From positions 124,001 through 188,000 of the forward strand of contig JAFIQS020000014.1 in assembly GCA_017499595.2 (NCBI GenBank): a DNA stretch of 64,000 nt. Reading direction: 5' to 3'. Shown in pieces: positions 26,101-37,600 of this stretch; the first letter of the stretch is position 1; each line of letters opens with the position of its first letter. Below the pieces are notes generated by a model. The model saw only the letters and a list, made by a program, of their open reading frames with translations, did not search any database and was not told the origin of the DNA. Position numbers and translations under genes: made by a program. The DNA is from Psilocybe cubensis. Lineage: Eukaryota.

Positions 26101-26280
26101 GTATGGATATAATTTTGGACCGCTAACCCAATGCATCATATACAGGAATAAAAGACTTGACATCTATCACACTAGACGATGCTACGATTGTTGGAACTTT
26201 ATCTGGAGCTTTAGGAGACTTTTCTTCTGGCATGTTGGAATCTTCTTCAAAGTAAGTATATATATGCTTCAAAAAGCCCT
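23147..26280 (-). pseudogene. GCM-domain MULE transposase-like gene with internal deletion of the DDE core (retains GCM-like, peptidase His-box, PHD, Tudor-like parts)
   Basis: WDGWPDG...RKCLGIIVC...IIRP...CHCG...HGTHTHRRP, then a jump at ~25262 to GFIVYDLVALV...HFNLRY...YTYDG. PHD CRCG...QCSRCLEWSHIAC; GRGVLVKHQGFWYPGRL. Collinear with the inner MULE gene. Start approximate. Confidence 0.8.
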
Positions 26281-29200
26281 TTATTTCTAGTTAGCCTTTG
26301 AACATAATTTAGTGCTATACATACTATAAGACCCATTTAATTCGTTGCAAATGCTCTGTATGTTAGTAAAGCAGGAAGAGGGGTTTCTAACCCAGAAAAT
26401 TGCAATCATCCCAAACATTCCCCGTCGCAACCACTCTATCCGGATCCCTTTTGCCCCCTTTCGATAAGTTGATAAGCCCCCTTTAAATATCCAATCACGG
26501 CTGATAACTCACCATTGCATTCCATTGTGTACCTCATTGGAAATAGGGAAAAAAATAAATACAATGTTAGTGCACCGTCAGTGCGTGTCAGTGCATTGTC
26601 AGTGCACTGTCAGTGCGTGTCAGTGCACCGTCAGTGCACCGTCAGTGCATGTCAGTGCATGTCAGTGCATGTTGGCACTAAGTCAGTGCAATTGCTTGGC
26701 AGTCAGTGCATGTGTCAGTGCATTAACTCTTGGCAACAACAATACGTACGGACTCATTAATTTCTTCCACAGAACAAACTACTCAATTGTGCATTTCCCT
26801 CCAAATAATACTCTGTTACTGGAGAAAACTATGTCATTTTGTGCACAACTACATTATCTTTTGAATGGTATATACCATGTATCTTACAAGCTGATGCCCC
26901 GACCTGTGCATATATTTTACTGACGACGCAACTGTGATGGATAGGTGAGATCACGCGGTCTATATTTCTCATTCTTTCATGACATCATTGACCTATATGT
27001 TAACTGCCCGGTTGCGTCATTTATTGCCTTCGTCAAATTTATTTGCGTCAAAGCAACTCTAACACTACCATAGAAGTAACCTAAAAGCAAAAAAATACTC
27101 ATAAGGTACATGTAGCCGGGCATACAGAAATCAGTGTGGCTGCTCGCGTGCGTGCGTTTTTGCGTGTGCTTGCGTGACACACATTTTTGCGCAAGAACTA
27201 TGTTCTGCACGCATATTGATGTGTGCTGCACGCATTGTCACAGCTGTGTCACACGTAGGATTCTAATGTAACAGTGCTCGTTAGCATTCATTTGTAATTA
27301 TTTGGTGCGTAATAATGTATTGTTAGTATGCCCTTGTATTATGCCGGCCACCACCATGGGTATCAAGGAGTTAGGATGTAGGTTATTACATGGTTTATGC
27401 TGTATTTGAACTAATTAACATCATATATACCTTTAAAAGTCTATAATACATGGTATGTGTAGGTGTTTGAGGCTCGGAACCGGTAGAACTTCAATGAAAC
27501 AATTTGCTGTTACAGGGCCATACAAACAATGAACTCAAGGGATGGCTTGGTATGCCGTGTCCCTTGGCGTGTGCCTTGCAACAATCTCCGACTCCACAAC
27601 CAAGAGTCGGCAATAAGATCGGCAAAGATTTATGATTGGTAATATCCGATCAAATGGTGAACTTAGAGAAAAACGACAATTTTGTCTTTTCAACATACAA
27701 TTTATGTTGTTGAGCGACCACCAGCGTGACACCACAGCACGCTAGGTGCACTCAAAGGCACGCATTTGCCACGCAAGCAGCACGCGACCCACTTTCCCAT
27801 GAGAACGTGATGGCACGCGACAGCACGCGATAGCACGCGACCCAATTAAGTGCGTGCAATTAGCACGCAAACAGTTGTGATCTGCACGCGATGGCCCCGC
27901 AAGCACTTTAAGCTTGCACGCTAGTATGAAATAATGCGTTTTGGATTATTCTACTGCAAAATATGTTTGGATGTACCATTAGACATATTGAATTTTCACC
28001 TTGGCATTGATATTGAATGTTTCAAAGATTCAAATAAATTAAAAAGTGAAACTCAATAGCAGTGAACTCATCAAATGAGTATATTGTGGTATGTAGTTGT
28101 GTTCCTGTTTGGGATCTACGTGCCTTGTTACTCGAGTTGCACTACCTCTAGGCTCCACAAGTGGGCATAATATGATCTAGCAACAAAGACATACAACCTA
28201 TATAAAGGGTATTAATTTTCAAGGTCAATAATCATTCTACTCGTCAGATCTTTCCTCACACTTCTTTTCTCATCTTTGATTTGGCAATGAACTTAATTGT
28301 AAGCATATACTTGATGGAACACTCGAGATCTATATTGATCTTAAACTCTTCTACAAGGGCGTTATAAAAAATGTCTATGACTTCTTCTTTGAAAAACGGA
28401 GCCTTGACAGGCTACCAGATCAGTGTATCACAATGAATTCCAACATGGTTCCTATATATGACTCCAATGGTTAGGCCCATTCTTCTAATATGATTATTCA
28501 AAGTTTTGACTATAATTTCAGGAAGGATTGAAGGATATTGTCGCATACAACAGACTAATACTACTGCAGCTCGTAACTATGCCCAGCGCAACAGTGAGTG
28601 TAATTTATCACCCTGAAGTCGGATTAACCTGACGAAATTATCCAAAACTATGGTCTTGTTTCCATTTGAACACCACACTTTGTTTAGCCCCTGCCGCGCA
28701 TTCTAATATCCTTGCACTTCCATCAACTCCTGCTGTTCCATCTGGAACTCTCCCTTTACAACCTACCAATTTGCCTTCTGTAGGAGTGGCTGTAGATTGG
28801 GATGGATGGCCCGATGGAGAGTTTTCTCAAGACTTTTCCTTTGATGAAGTGGCTAAGACTGGCAACCTTCTCATTCACTGGGCGCATAAAGTCAATGGTG
28901 GCGACAGATACGGGAATGATCATGCCAATAAATGGAGAAAGGGAAAACGCTCTTCAAGGCGCTGTCTAGGTGCAATCATATGCGATAATCAGGACTGTAC
29001 AATTGTGATACGTCCAAAGACCAGCCCACAGTCCATAATTATGCAAATGAAGGAATCCTGTCTATGTGGTTCCTATTTGATACGACAGACTTGCAACGTT
29101 GTGGCATATACTTGGAGGTGGTCTGGAGGTGTCCATTTCTACAACACGGGGATTCACAAACATCGTCGTCCTGGCCGCATTCTTCATGCTCTTCCTGTCA

Positions 29201-29645
29201 GGGCAACACTATAATCAGTGTGACAAGGCCACCAACAAAGATTAAGCAAGAGAGAAAGAGAGAGAGCAGAGGGAGAGTAAGAGAGCAAAGAGAGAATAAG
29301 AGAGTGAAAGAGATTCAATGGTTCTAAGAGATCACACCAATGATAGTGGATATCCTAAGAGATTGAAGCTGAAGCTACAGCTACCTACAAGTCCAGTATT
29401 TATACTCTACAGCTATTCTAGAATATTCCCTACATTACATCATAAAGGAAGGTTAAAGAATAAAAGTGACATCATATAGAAAAAGGATAAGTAAGACTAG
29501 GAATCATATAGAATTTACTAGAAAGAAGTGGAGCAAGAAGGCTGTGATGAAAGAAATAAACTATCTAATCAGATAATTGATAAGATAATGAAAGGATAAG
29601 ATAATTCTGTGAAGATAAAGAGGGGAAACTGGAGAAACCCTGACA

Positions 29646-32600
29646 TCACCCCCTCTCTAAGGCACATTTTCCACAATGTGCACATGGATGGGTTAGTTTA
29701 GAGGGTTTAAGAAGAGGAGGAGGTTCAGTAAAGTTAATAATAGGAGTGAAAGAAAGTCTATCAAAGGTCATAGCAGAAATCCTTCTAGGTGCTGAAGGAT
29801 GTTTGGCATGGAAGTCCTTGATAGCCTTAGAAGCATTTTTCAAATGCTCTGCAGGCTCCCAAGTGCATTCTTCATTAGGATAGTTCTTCCACTTGACCAA
29901 ATATTGAAGTTTGTTTCTAAAAAGTCTGCTGTCCTTGATAAATTCAACTTCCCACTCAGGATTTTCTCCTTGAATGACAGGAGGTGGTCTAGAAGGAGGC
30001 TTTCTTTCTACAATATCTGGGTGATAAGGTAGAAGTTTAACCACATTAAACACTGGATGGATTTTCATGGTAGATGGCAGCTTAAGCTCATAGGCATTAG
30101 GGCTAATAACTTTGGTAATTTTGTAAGGCCCATATCTTTTATCATCCAATTTCTTGGAGGGCCTATCAGTTTTGAGGTCCTTGCCATCCAACCATACCAA
30201 ATCCCCAACTTTGTACTGAGTTGGAGTACCTCTGTGTCTATTATAGAATTTAGCCATATCATCAGCAGCTTTTCTAAGTGCAGACTCTGCTTCTTTCCTG
30301 GCTTCTTCCATATTTTTCACAAAGGTATCCACAGTGTCCATTTTACTATCTCTAAGGGGTTCAGTGCCCATTCTGGGATGTCTGCCATTATTGAGCATGA
30401 ATGGTGTCTGCCTGGTTGAAGCCTGAACTCTATTGTTATAAGAGAATTCAGCTAGAGCTAACCATTCAACCCAATCATCTTGTCTATGGTTTATAAAGAG
30501 TCTAAGATACTGCTCAATTTCTTGGTTAACTCTTTCAGTCTGACCATCAGTTTGGGGATGGTAGGCTGTAGATGAGGCTGTCTGGATACCAAGTATTGAG
30601 TTGAGTTCTTTCATAAACCTTGAGACAAACTGTGGACCTCTATCACACAGAATTTTAATGGGTAAGCCATGGTGTTTCCAGACATAATCTCTGTATAGTC
30701 TGGCTGTCCCTTCAGAAGTGACTTCATCTGTAGTAGGGATAATGTGGATCATTTTACTAAGTCTATCCACAACCACCATAATGGCATTATACCCTTGACA
30801 TTCTGGTAACCCCATAATAAAGTCCACAGAGATGCATTGCCAGACATCAGAGGGAATCTCAGTAGGAATTAAAAGGCCAAGAGGTTTGGCTGGAAAGGTT
30901 TTGGTTCTGTTGCATCTATCACAACCTCTGGTATAGGCTGCAATAAAATGTGACATTCCTGGCCACCAATAATTCCTAGAGACTAGCTCAATTGTCTTCC
31001 ATTTCCCTGGATGTCCAGCAATGAAGGCATCATGGTGCAGTTCCACAATCTTTCTTCTAAGATCTTTGTCCTTGGGAACATACACCTTCCCCCTGTAGAG
31101 AATAAGGCCTTGTTCTTCTGACCATTCCTGTCCTTCAATCTTCTTGGTAGAAGATTTCTTGAGCTCCTGAACTGCCTTGACCACCTTTTCATCCATCTCC
31201 TTAGCTTCTCTAATCTTCTTAAGAAGATCATTTTCTGCACCAGTAATGGTAGCATGACCCTGCTTGAGAGCCTGGATTTTAAAGTAGGAAGGTTTGAGGA
31301 GAACTACATTTTGGTTATCATTCTCTCCCTTTTTATGATCTGGTCTCCTAGACAAAGCATCTGGCTTAAGAGATCTTTTACCAGGCCTATGATGAAGAGT
31401 AAAATCAAATCTGGACAGGAAGAGTGACCATCTGGCTTGCCTTCTGCTGAGCTTTTGGGCAACCATAAAGTACTCTAAGTTTTTGTGGTCTGTCCAAATC
31501 TCAAAGGAATGTTGGGTTCCTTCAAGATAATGTCTCCATTCATCTAGTGCTCTGATAATAGCCAGCATCTCTTTGTCATGGATCTCATAATTCCTTTCTA
31601 CTTCAGATAGACTCTTAGACATAAAGGCTACAGGATGCCATTTCCCATCTGATCCTTCCTGAGATAAAACAGCCCCAGTAGCATAATCTGAACTGTCTGC
31701 TTCAACTTTATATGGCTTGTTATCATCAGGGAAAATCAAGACAGGTGAAGAAGTGACTTTCTTCTTTAACTGGTCAAAGGCTTCCTGCTGTCTAAGACTC
31801 CATCTCCAGACTGTTCCTTTCTTTGTCAATTCATGAAGGGGCTTAGCAATGTCTGCAAAATCCTCTATGAACCTTCTATAAAAATTAACAAATCCCAAGA
31901 ATGATTGGACATTCTTGACATTTTCAGGTTCAGGCCATTTAGAAACTCCCTCTACCTTGACAGGATCCATCTCAATCCTGCCTTGTGAAATGATTAGTCC
32001 AAGATATTCAATCTTTTTCTTTTCAAATTCACATTTCTCTGCTTTAAGGTAGAGTTTGTTCTGTTCTAAGATTTGCAGAACTTGCTTGACTACCTCTCTA
32101 TGATGATCAAGAGTCTCAGTGAAAATTAAAATGTCATCCATGTAGACAATGACAACATTTCCATCAATGAGCTCAATAAAGATATCATTCATCATAGTTT
32201 GGAAGGTAGCAGGACTATTGGTTAAACCAAAGAACATGACCAATGGTTCAAACAGCCCTCTATTGGTTCTAAAGGCTGCTTTCCATTCATCTCCCTTTTT
32301 GATTCTGACATTGTTAAATCCCCACCTAACATCAAGTTTGGTGAAGTATTTGGCTTTGCTGAGTTTGGTGATAATGTCAGAAATCAATGGAAGGGGGTAG
32401 GAGTTCTTGATGGTCATTTCATTCAGTTTCCTATAGTCCTGGACAAGCCTAAGAGATCCATCCTTCTTCTTGACAAAGAATACAGGGGAGGCCATAGGTG
32501 ACTTGGAGGGTCTAATCCTGCCAGACTTCAGATTTTCCTCTAAAAAGGCATCAAGTTCCTTTTGTTCATTGGGAGAAAGAGGATAAATCTTGGATCTGTA

Positions 32601-33515
32601 AGGTTCAGAACCAGGTTTCAGCTCAATAGCATGATCCCAAGGCTTTCTGTCTGGTAGCCTATCAAAAGATTCCTTTGAAAAAACACCTTTAAACTGATGA
32701 TAGTGCTTAGGAACAGTTTCTTCAAAGGTTTTCTTAGGGGAATCAGCTTGCTGATGAGACTCTTCTGCTAATTTTTGAGACATAGTAGAAGTAGCATTAA
32801 TAGACTGCTTCTGAGGATGAAGGTATGAAATAAAAATTCTATCCTCAGGCTCAATCTCAGAATCAGAAGAATCTTCAATAGAATCATCTTCTTCTTCATC
32901 AAATTGAGGGAGTTTCCTCCTTTTGACTGCAGCTATTCTCTGCCTCTTTCTTCTGGCTCTTTTGGCTTCCATTTGGCAGTCAGAGGGACATCTAATAAAC
33001 TGGACATCCCCTGTCTTCCAATCAACATCTGGATTATGGTGCCAAAGCCAAGTATGTCCAATGATAGCAGATTTGTCTCCCAAATCACAAACAGCAAAGG
33101 TGGCCCTTTCTGTATGGTTCTTGTGTACCATAATTAAGTCTACTTCCTCATGGATAGAGCCACTCTTGTTGAGAGTACCATCAACATTATAGACTGGAAT
33201 GGCTCTAGGAAGTTTCCTTGTGTTGAGATTATGATACTTCACAAAACCAGAATGCAGAAAGAGGCCAGTAGCTCCAGAATCAAGCAAAGCATCAACAGAT
33301 AACCTTTTCTCTGTGTCCATTGTCTTTAAGATGACAGACAAATGGGTAGAGGTTTTAGGATTATGGTTGAGGATGTAGATCTTTTCAGGGAAGGTAGAAA
33401 GAGAGGAAGAAGAAGACATGATTTCTGCACCAGAATCTGAAGACTGAGGATCAAGTCTGTCAATTTCATTTTCTAGTACATTAAATCTATTCCATTGGGA
33501 CATGTCTTTTACCAA
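29646..33515 (-). CDS. pol: Gypsy Pol (protease, RT, RNase H, integrase, chromodomain), probably via -1 frameshift from gag
   Basis: LLDSGAT, YMDD, ADSSDYATGAVL, integrase HH-CC and DRGPQF/GQTERVN, GPY motif, C-terminal chromodomain WEVEFIKDSR..YLVKWKNY..TWEP. Confidence 0.96.
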   Translation of the reverse strand: MVKDMSQWNRFNVLENEIDRLDPQSSDSGAEIMSSSSSLSTFPEKIYILNHNPKTSTHLSVILKTMDTEKRLSVDALLDSGATGLFLHSGFVKYHNLNTRKLPRAIPVYNVDGTLNKSGSIHEEVDLIMVHKNHTERATFAVCDLGDKSAIIGHTWLWHHNPDVDWKTGDVQFIRCPSDCQMEAKRARRKRQRIAAVKRRKLPQFDEEEDDSIEDSSDSEIEPEDRIFISYLHPQKQSINATSTMSQKLAEESHQQADSPKKTFEETVPKHYHQFKGVFSKESFDRLPDRKPWDHAIELKPGSEPYRSKIYPLSPNEQKELDAFLEENLKSGRIRPSKSPMASPVFFVKKKDGSLRLVQDYRKLNEMTIKNSYPLPLISDIITKLSKAKYFTKLDVRWGFNNVRIKKGDEWKAAFRTNRGLFEPLVMFFGLTNSPATFQTMMNDIFIELIDGNVVIVYMDDILIFTETLDHHREVVKQVLQILEQNKLYLKAEKCEFEKKKIEYLGLIISQGRIEMDPVKVEGVSKWPEPENVKNVQSFLGFVNFYRRFIEDFADIAKPLHELTKKGTVWRWSLRQQEAFDQLKKKVTSSPVLIFPDDNKPYKVEADSSDYATGAVLSQEGSDGKWHPVAFMSKSLSEVERNYEIHDKEMLAIIRALDEWRHYLEGTQHSFEIWTDHKNLEYFMVAQKLSRRQARWSLFLSRFDFTLHHRPGKRSLKPDALSRRPDHKKGENDNQNVVLLKPSYFKIQALKQGHATITGAENDLLKKIREAKEMDEKVVKAVQELKKSSTKKIEGQEWSEEQGLILYRGKVYVPKDKDLRRKIVELHHDAFIAGHPGKWKTIELVSRNYWWPGMSHFIAAYTRGCDRCNRTKTFPAKPLGLLIPTEIPSDVWQCISVDFIMGLPECQGYNAIMVVVDRLSKMIHIIPTTDEVTSEGTARLYRDYVWKHHGLPIKILCDRGPQFVSRFMKELNSILGIQTASSTAYHPQTDGQTERVNQEIEQYLRLFINHRQDDWVEWLALAEFSYNNRVQASTRQTPFMLNNGRHPRMGTEPLRDSKMDTVDTFVKNMEEARKEAESALRKAADDMAKFYNRHRGTPTQYKVGDLVWLDGKDLKTDRPSKKLDDKRYGPYKITKVISPNAYELKLPSTMKIHPVFNVVKLLPYHPDIVERKPPSRPPPVIQGENPEWEVEFIKDSRLFRNKLQYLVKWKNYPNEECTWEPAEHLKNASKAIKDFHAKHPSAPRRISAMTFDRLSFTPIINFTEPPPLLKPSKLTHPCAHCGKCALERG

Positions 33516-33523
33516 TGGTGCTT

Positions 33524-34633
33524 CTAAAAATTTTTCTTTTCCTCATCTTTCTGCTCCTTGCCTTCCAAGATTAATTTCCCAAAGTAGTCAGCCAGTTCTT
33601 CATGGGTCATAGCATTGATGTTAACTAATGACCTGCAGTTTACAGCCTTATGACCAGGCTTTCTGCACTTGAAGCAAACAATTGGCCTAACTGACTTCCA
33701 TCCAGAGTCAACCTCCATGGGAACTACATCTGGTTGCTTTGCCTGAGCACCAAAGGTCCTTGAGCTGCTGTTGGAAAAGACTGGAGGATTTGGAGTAGGC
33801 TTAGGAACAGCCTTGGGAGTTGGGGCTTTAAGAAAGGGAGAAGATGAGGAGGAGGAAAGAGACTTGGTAAAGGCCTCACTCTGTCTCCACTGCCTATCTA
33901 GCCTAGTACTCCATTTAATCCATCCATCCAAGGTTTTGGGCATGTCAGGAACATAGTAGACTGCATTCCTGAGAGTTTCATTGAGCCCAGCCTTGAATTG
34001 GTCTACCAAAGCAGCATCATTATACCCAGTATCTGAGATCAGAGCCCTGAAGCTAGCAACATACTCATCAGCAGTCTGTCTGCCTTGCTTGAGCATGTGC
34101 ATTTTATGCTTAGCTGTGTTGGAGGGGTCTGGATCTGCAAACACTTCCCTAAATTCATAAACAAAGTCAGCCCAAAGACCTTCTTGGGACTGAGCATTGT
34201 CTATTACTTTAGTCTTCTCATATGCCCACTTCCCAGCAGTACCTCCTTTCATATGAGATAGAGCACAAATAACTTTCTGAAAGTCATCTGTAATCCCTTT
34301 CCCATAGAAATATAATTTGAGCTGACTGAGGAAGTTTTCTGCCTTCTCCATAGAACCATCAAATGGATCTGGAGGTGAGACTTTAATGGCAGAGTGTGAA
34401 CAGGAAGGGGCAACATGAGGGGTAGGGAAAGAGTGAATATCTAGAGCAGCAGGTGGTGGTGGTGGTGGTGATAATGGTGACTGACTGACTGGTTGCTGAG
34501 GGTGTGGTGGAGTGGATGATGACTGCTGCTGCTGTCTAAGAAAATTCAACTCTTGGGTAAGGAGCTGGACCTGATGCATGAGCTCTTCCACAGAAGGAGT
34601 GGTGGGAGGCAATTGGGAGGGGTCCATGTCCAT
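33524..34633 (-). CDS. gag: Gypsy Gag with zinc knuckle
   Basis: PDPFDG, LKQG, VPMEVD, CFKCRKPGHKAVNC. Ends in the slippery sequence A AAT TTT TAG, with pol in the -1 frame. Confidence 0.95.
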   Translation of the reverse strand: MDMDPSQLPPTTPSVEELMHQVQLLTQELNFLRQQQQSSSTPPHPQQPVSQSPLSPPPPPPAALDIHSFPTPHVAPSCSHSAIKVSPPDPFDGSMEKAENFLSQLKLYFYGKGITDDFQKVICALSHMKGGTAGKWAYEKTKVIDNAQSQEGLWADFVYEFREVFADPDPSNTAKHKMHMLKQGRQTADEYVASFRALISDTGYNDAALVDQFKAGLNETLRNAVYYVPDMPKTLDGWIKWSTRLDRQWRQSEAFTKSLSSSSSSPFLKAPTPKAVPKPTPNPPVFSNSSSRTFGAQAKQPDVVPMEVDSGWKSVRPIVCFKCRKPGHKAVNCRSLVNINAMTHEELADYFGKLILEGKEQKDEEKKNF

Positions 34634-37600
34634 GGGTAGGGGTAGGTAGGCTCTCTGATGTGTGTGTGGGAGAAGCTATCTACTAAAAGTGCCCTTGAAA
34701 CTATACTAAGTATTCTAAAAAAAATATCTATCTACTGGATACCTAGTTGTCACACCACTCAGGGCTCTAAACCTAGGATCACAGGGTTACTGGATATTTC
34801 CTAGACCACCAAAAACAGAACACTAGTAGGACTGTGTCTGCCCCAACAGTTGGTATCCCTATCTACTAAGTTCACACACAGCACACAACAGAGAGTAGGA
34901 AAGATGATGAGCCAAAGGTCTTGAGGAAAGGTCTTGAGGAGGATGTTGAAGATTGGTGGAGATGTAGAGATTGGTAAGAAGATTGGTGAAGAGGTTGATG
35001 AAGAGGTTGGTGGGTTGGAAGTGGAGGAAGAAGGTTGAGGTAATGGTGTTGAAGAGGTTGAAGAGGTGAAGAGTTTGGTGTTGAAAGAGAGATGGTGGAG
35101 TTGTCTTGAGAGAGCTTCAATCTTCTGTCAGGGCAACACTATAATCAGTGTGACAAGGCCACCAACAAAGATTAAGCAAGAGAGAAAGAGAGAGAGCAGA
35201 GGGAGAGTAAGAGAGCAAAGAGAGAATAAGAGAGTGAGAGAGATTCAATGGTTCTAAGAGATCACACCAATGATAGTGGATATCCTAAGAGATTGAAGCT
35301 GAAGCTACAGCTACCTACAAGTCCAGTATTTATACTCTACAGCTATTCTAGAATATTTCCTACATTACATCATAAAGGAAGGTTAAAGAATAAAAGTGAC
35401 ATCATATAGAAAAAGGATAAGTAAGACTAGGAATCATATAGAATTTACTAGAAAGAAGTGGAGCAAGAAGGCTGTGATGAAAGAAATAAACTATCTAATC
35501 AGATAATTGATAAGATAATGAAAGGATAAGATAATTCTGTGAAGATAAAGAGGGGAAACTGGAGAAACCCTGACACTTCCAGACCAAAAGGACAGATTTG
35601 AAGCTTTGGTCAAAGCACATCCGAACACTGGACCGTTGGGACTCATTGTTGGTGTACCCGGTTTGAGTGGGCCTGGTGAATCTGTTGCAGAAATATCTGA
35701 CGTATACCTGAACGCAGACTGGGTGGCAAAGGAAAGACTTAATCTACGGCGAAAAGCTCTTGGTGAAGGCCTTGGAGGAGACTCGTTTATTTCAGCATTT
35801 ACACGCTTTATGGAAGAGCACCCGGGTTTCGTTATTTACTCCACAGTTGGAGTAGTGACTGTTATCTCTGTTCAATCCAGCTTCATGCGTTCTAATTTAA
35901 TCAAAGACGAGCCTCTGGAAGGACCTATCAATGGGATGGTTAACGATGCGGCGCATGGATGGTGGAAAGAGCACAATTCGCTTCTCATGATCACCTCTAC
36001 CTATTGTTCACGTCTTCTACGATGGGTTCCAGGAGTCATGTCTTATACCAATGGTGCCAGTGCGGAGCATTTCAAATACCACTTTATTGCCGTCTTTCAA
36101 AGCATGGCCCGTGAAGCGGAGTCACGCTCTATAGTCATCAAGGATGAATTATTTGCAGGAGTAAGTAAATTCAAAAAAAAATGTTATATCACACTCATCC
36201 AGCGTTACTATCTTTCTAGGTAATGGACTTCAGCAAAGCGGAGCAAAAGGGATTCATACTTGGGTTTGTAGAGTTCTGGATGTTAAGAGAAGACAACAGA
36301 CGGACCAATCAAGAGCTTATTGTGGGGGCCAAATGTTTGCTGAAGGGGTGCAAAGAGCATTATAGAGCTGCTGTCACTCGCCTCAGTCGTATCAGCGGCG
36401 TAGTTCCACTGGACAAGAAGCATATTTTTGTCTCTCGTGCGATAAACCTACTCAACCTTACGGATAGCTCGGATTTCATTGATCGAGCCGCCCATCTTGT
36501 GCGAGACTTTCCCAAAGTCAAGCCCTGGATGGAGTGGTGGTGCCGTCCCTCAACTGCCTCAATGCTATTTGAATCCGAGCGCATTATGGATATTGAAGTA
36601 TGGGAATCTATACCAGAGACAACCAACACTGAAGAAGCAATGCATTGGAAGCTTTATAGTGCATGTGGACATAATCACGGATTTTTTGAAGGGTTGCATT
36701 CAATGTATGCAGTTGCATATTACTACGAGCGCTTGTTTAAGGCAGCATCAAGTAAGTGTTGGGATAGTATTTTGTCATATTAGGCACAGTCTGACAAAGT
36801 TGTGCTTAGATGGTGTTCCGATTATACACAGACAAGCAGAACGATGGAAAGTGACTGCTGGAAATATTGGACATACAAAGCCTTCTCGCACAGAGGAACC
36901 AGAGACCAAAAGGCGGAAACTTAATGATGGTCGACCACCAGACACATCCAATGAACTGATGAAATCCGATGAGAAATCAAAGAAGTCTGCGAGAGTCCCA
37001 AATTCTCAAATGTATGGCCCTCCCAGCTACCGATGGGAATCAAATTCGTGTTGGCTTGACTCTTCCCTTGAAATGCTGTTTATCTGCATGATGCGCAATC
37101 CGGATGAGGTTTCCAGTGTATTCAGCGATGTTCCTCCATCCTCAGCGTTCAACGAATTCTATAATATCATCAAGTCTAGACTTGAAATAGACGACAGTGT
37201 GGACGACACTTTAGTTACTGCAACTCTTGTCTTGCATCGAAATGCATTTCGTCAAACATTAAAGGACGCTGGAGCAATTACTGGACTCACATCTCCGGAG
37301 TCTGTCATGGTGAGTGCTTGTTTCATGCTATACTATTCTGTAAACACTCTGATTTCTGAATGACTGTAGTGCTGGTTCTATCATATTGTTCGAAATGTGC
37401 CCAACCTTGAGGAATCCCTTCCAGCAGTGTCGTACTTCAGCACCTGGTATGTTGACCTACAGTTCTGTACTGGTTGCAATCATACTGGAGGAAGACACCT
37501 GCAAATTATCCAACCACGTCGCACTGTACCCTTGCAAGCCACTATTCATCTTCACAGAGCTCATAAGGGGAACATTCAGTTGCTCTACAAGGATCATATT

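Larger units (their letters stand above)
29196..35575 (-). mobile_element. Ty3/Gypsy chromovirus LTR retrotransposon, apparently intact and recent
   Basis: 450-bp TG...CA LTRs (29196-29645, 35126-35575) differing at two positions that I could see. 5-bp TSD CTTCC. PPT TTAGAGAGGGGGTGA. Confidence 0.98.
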
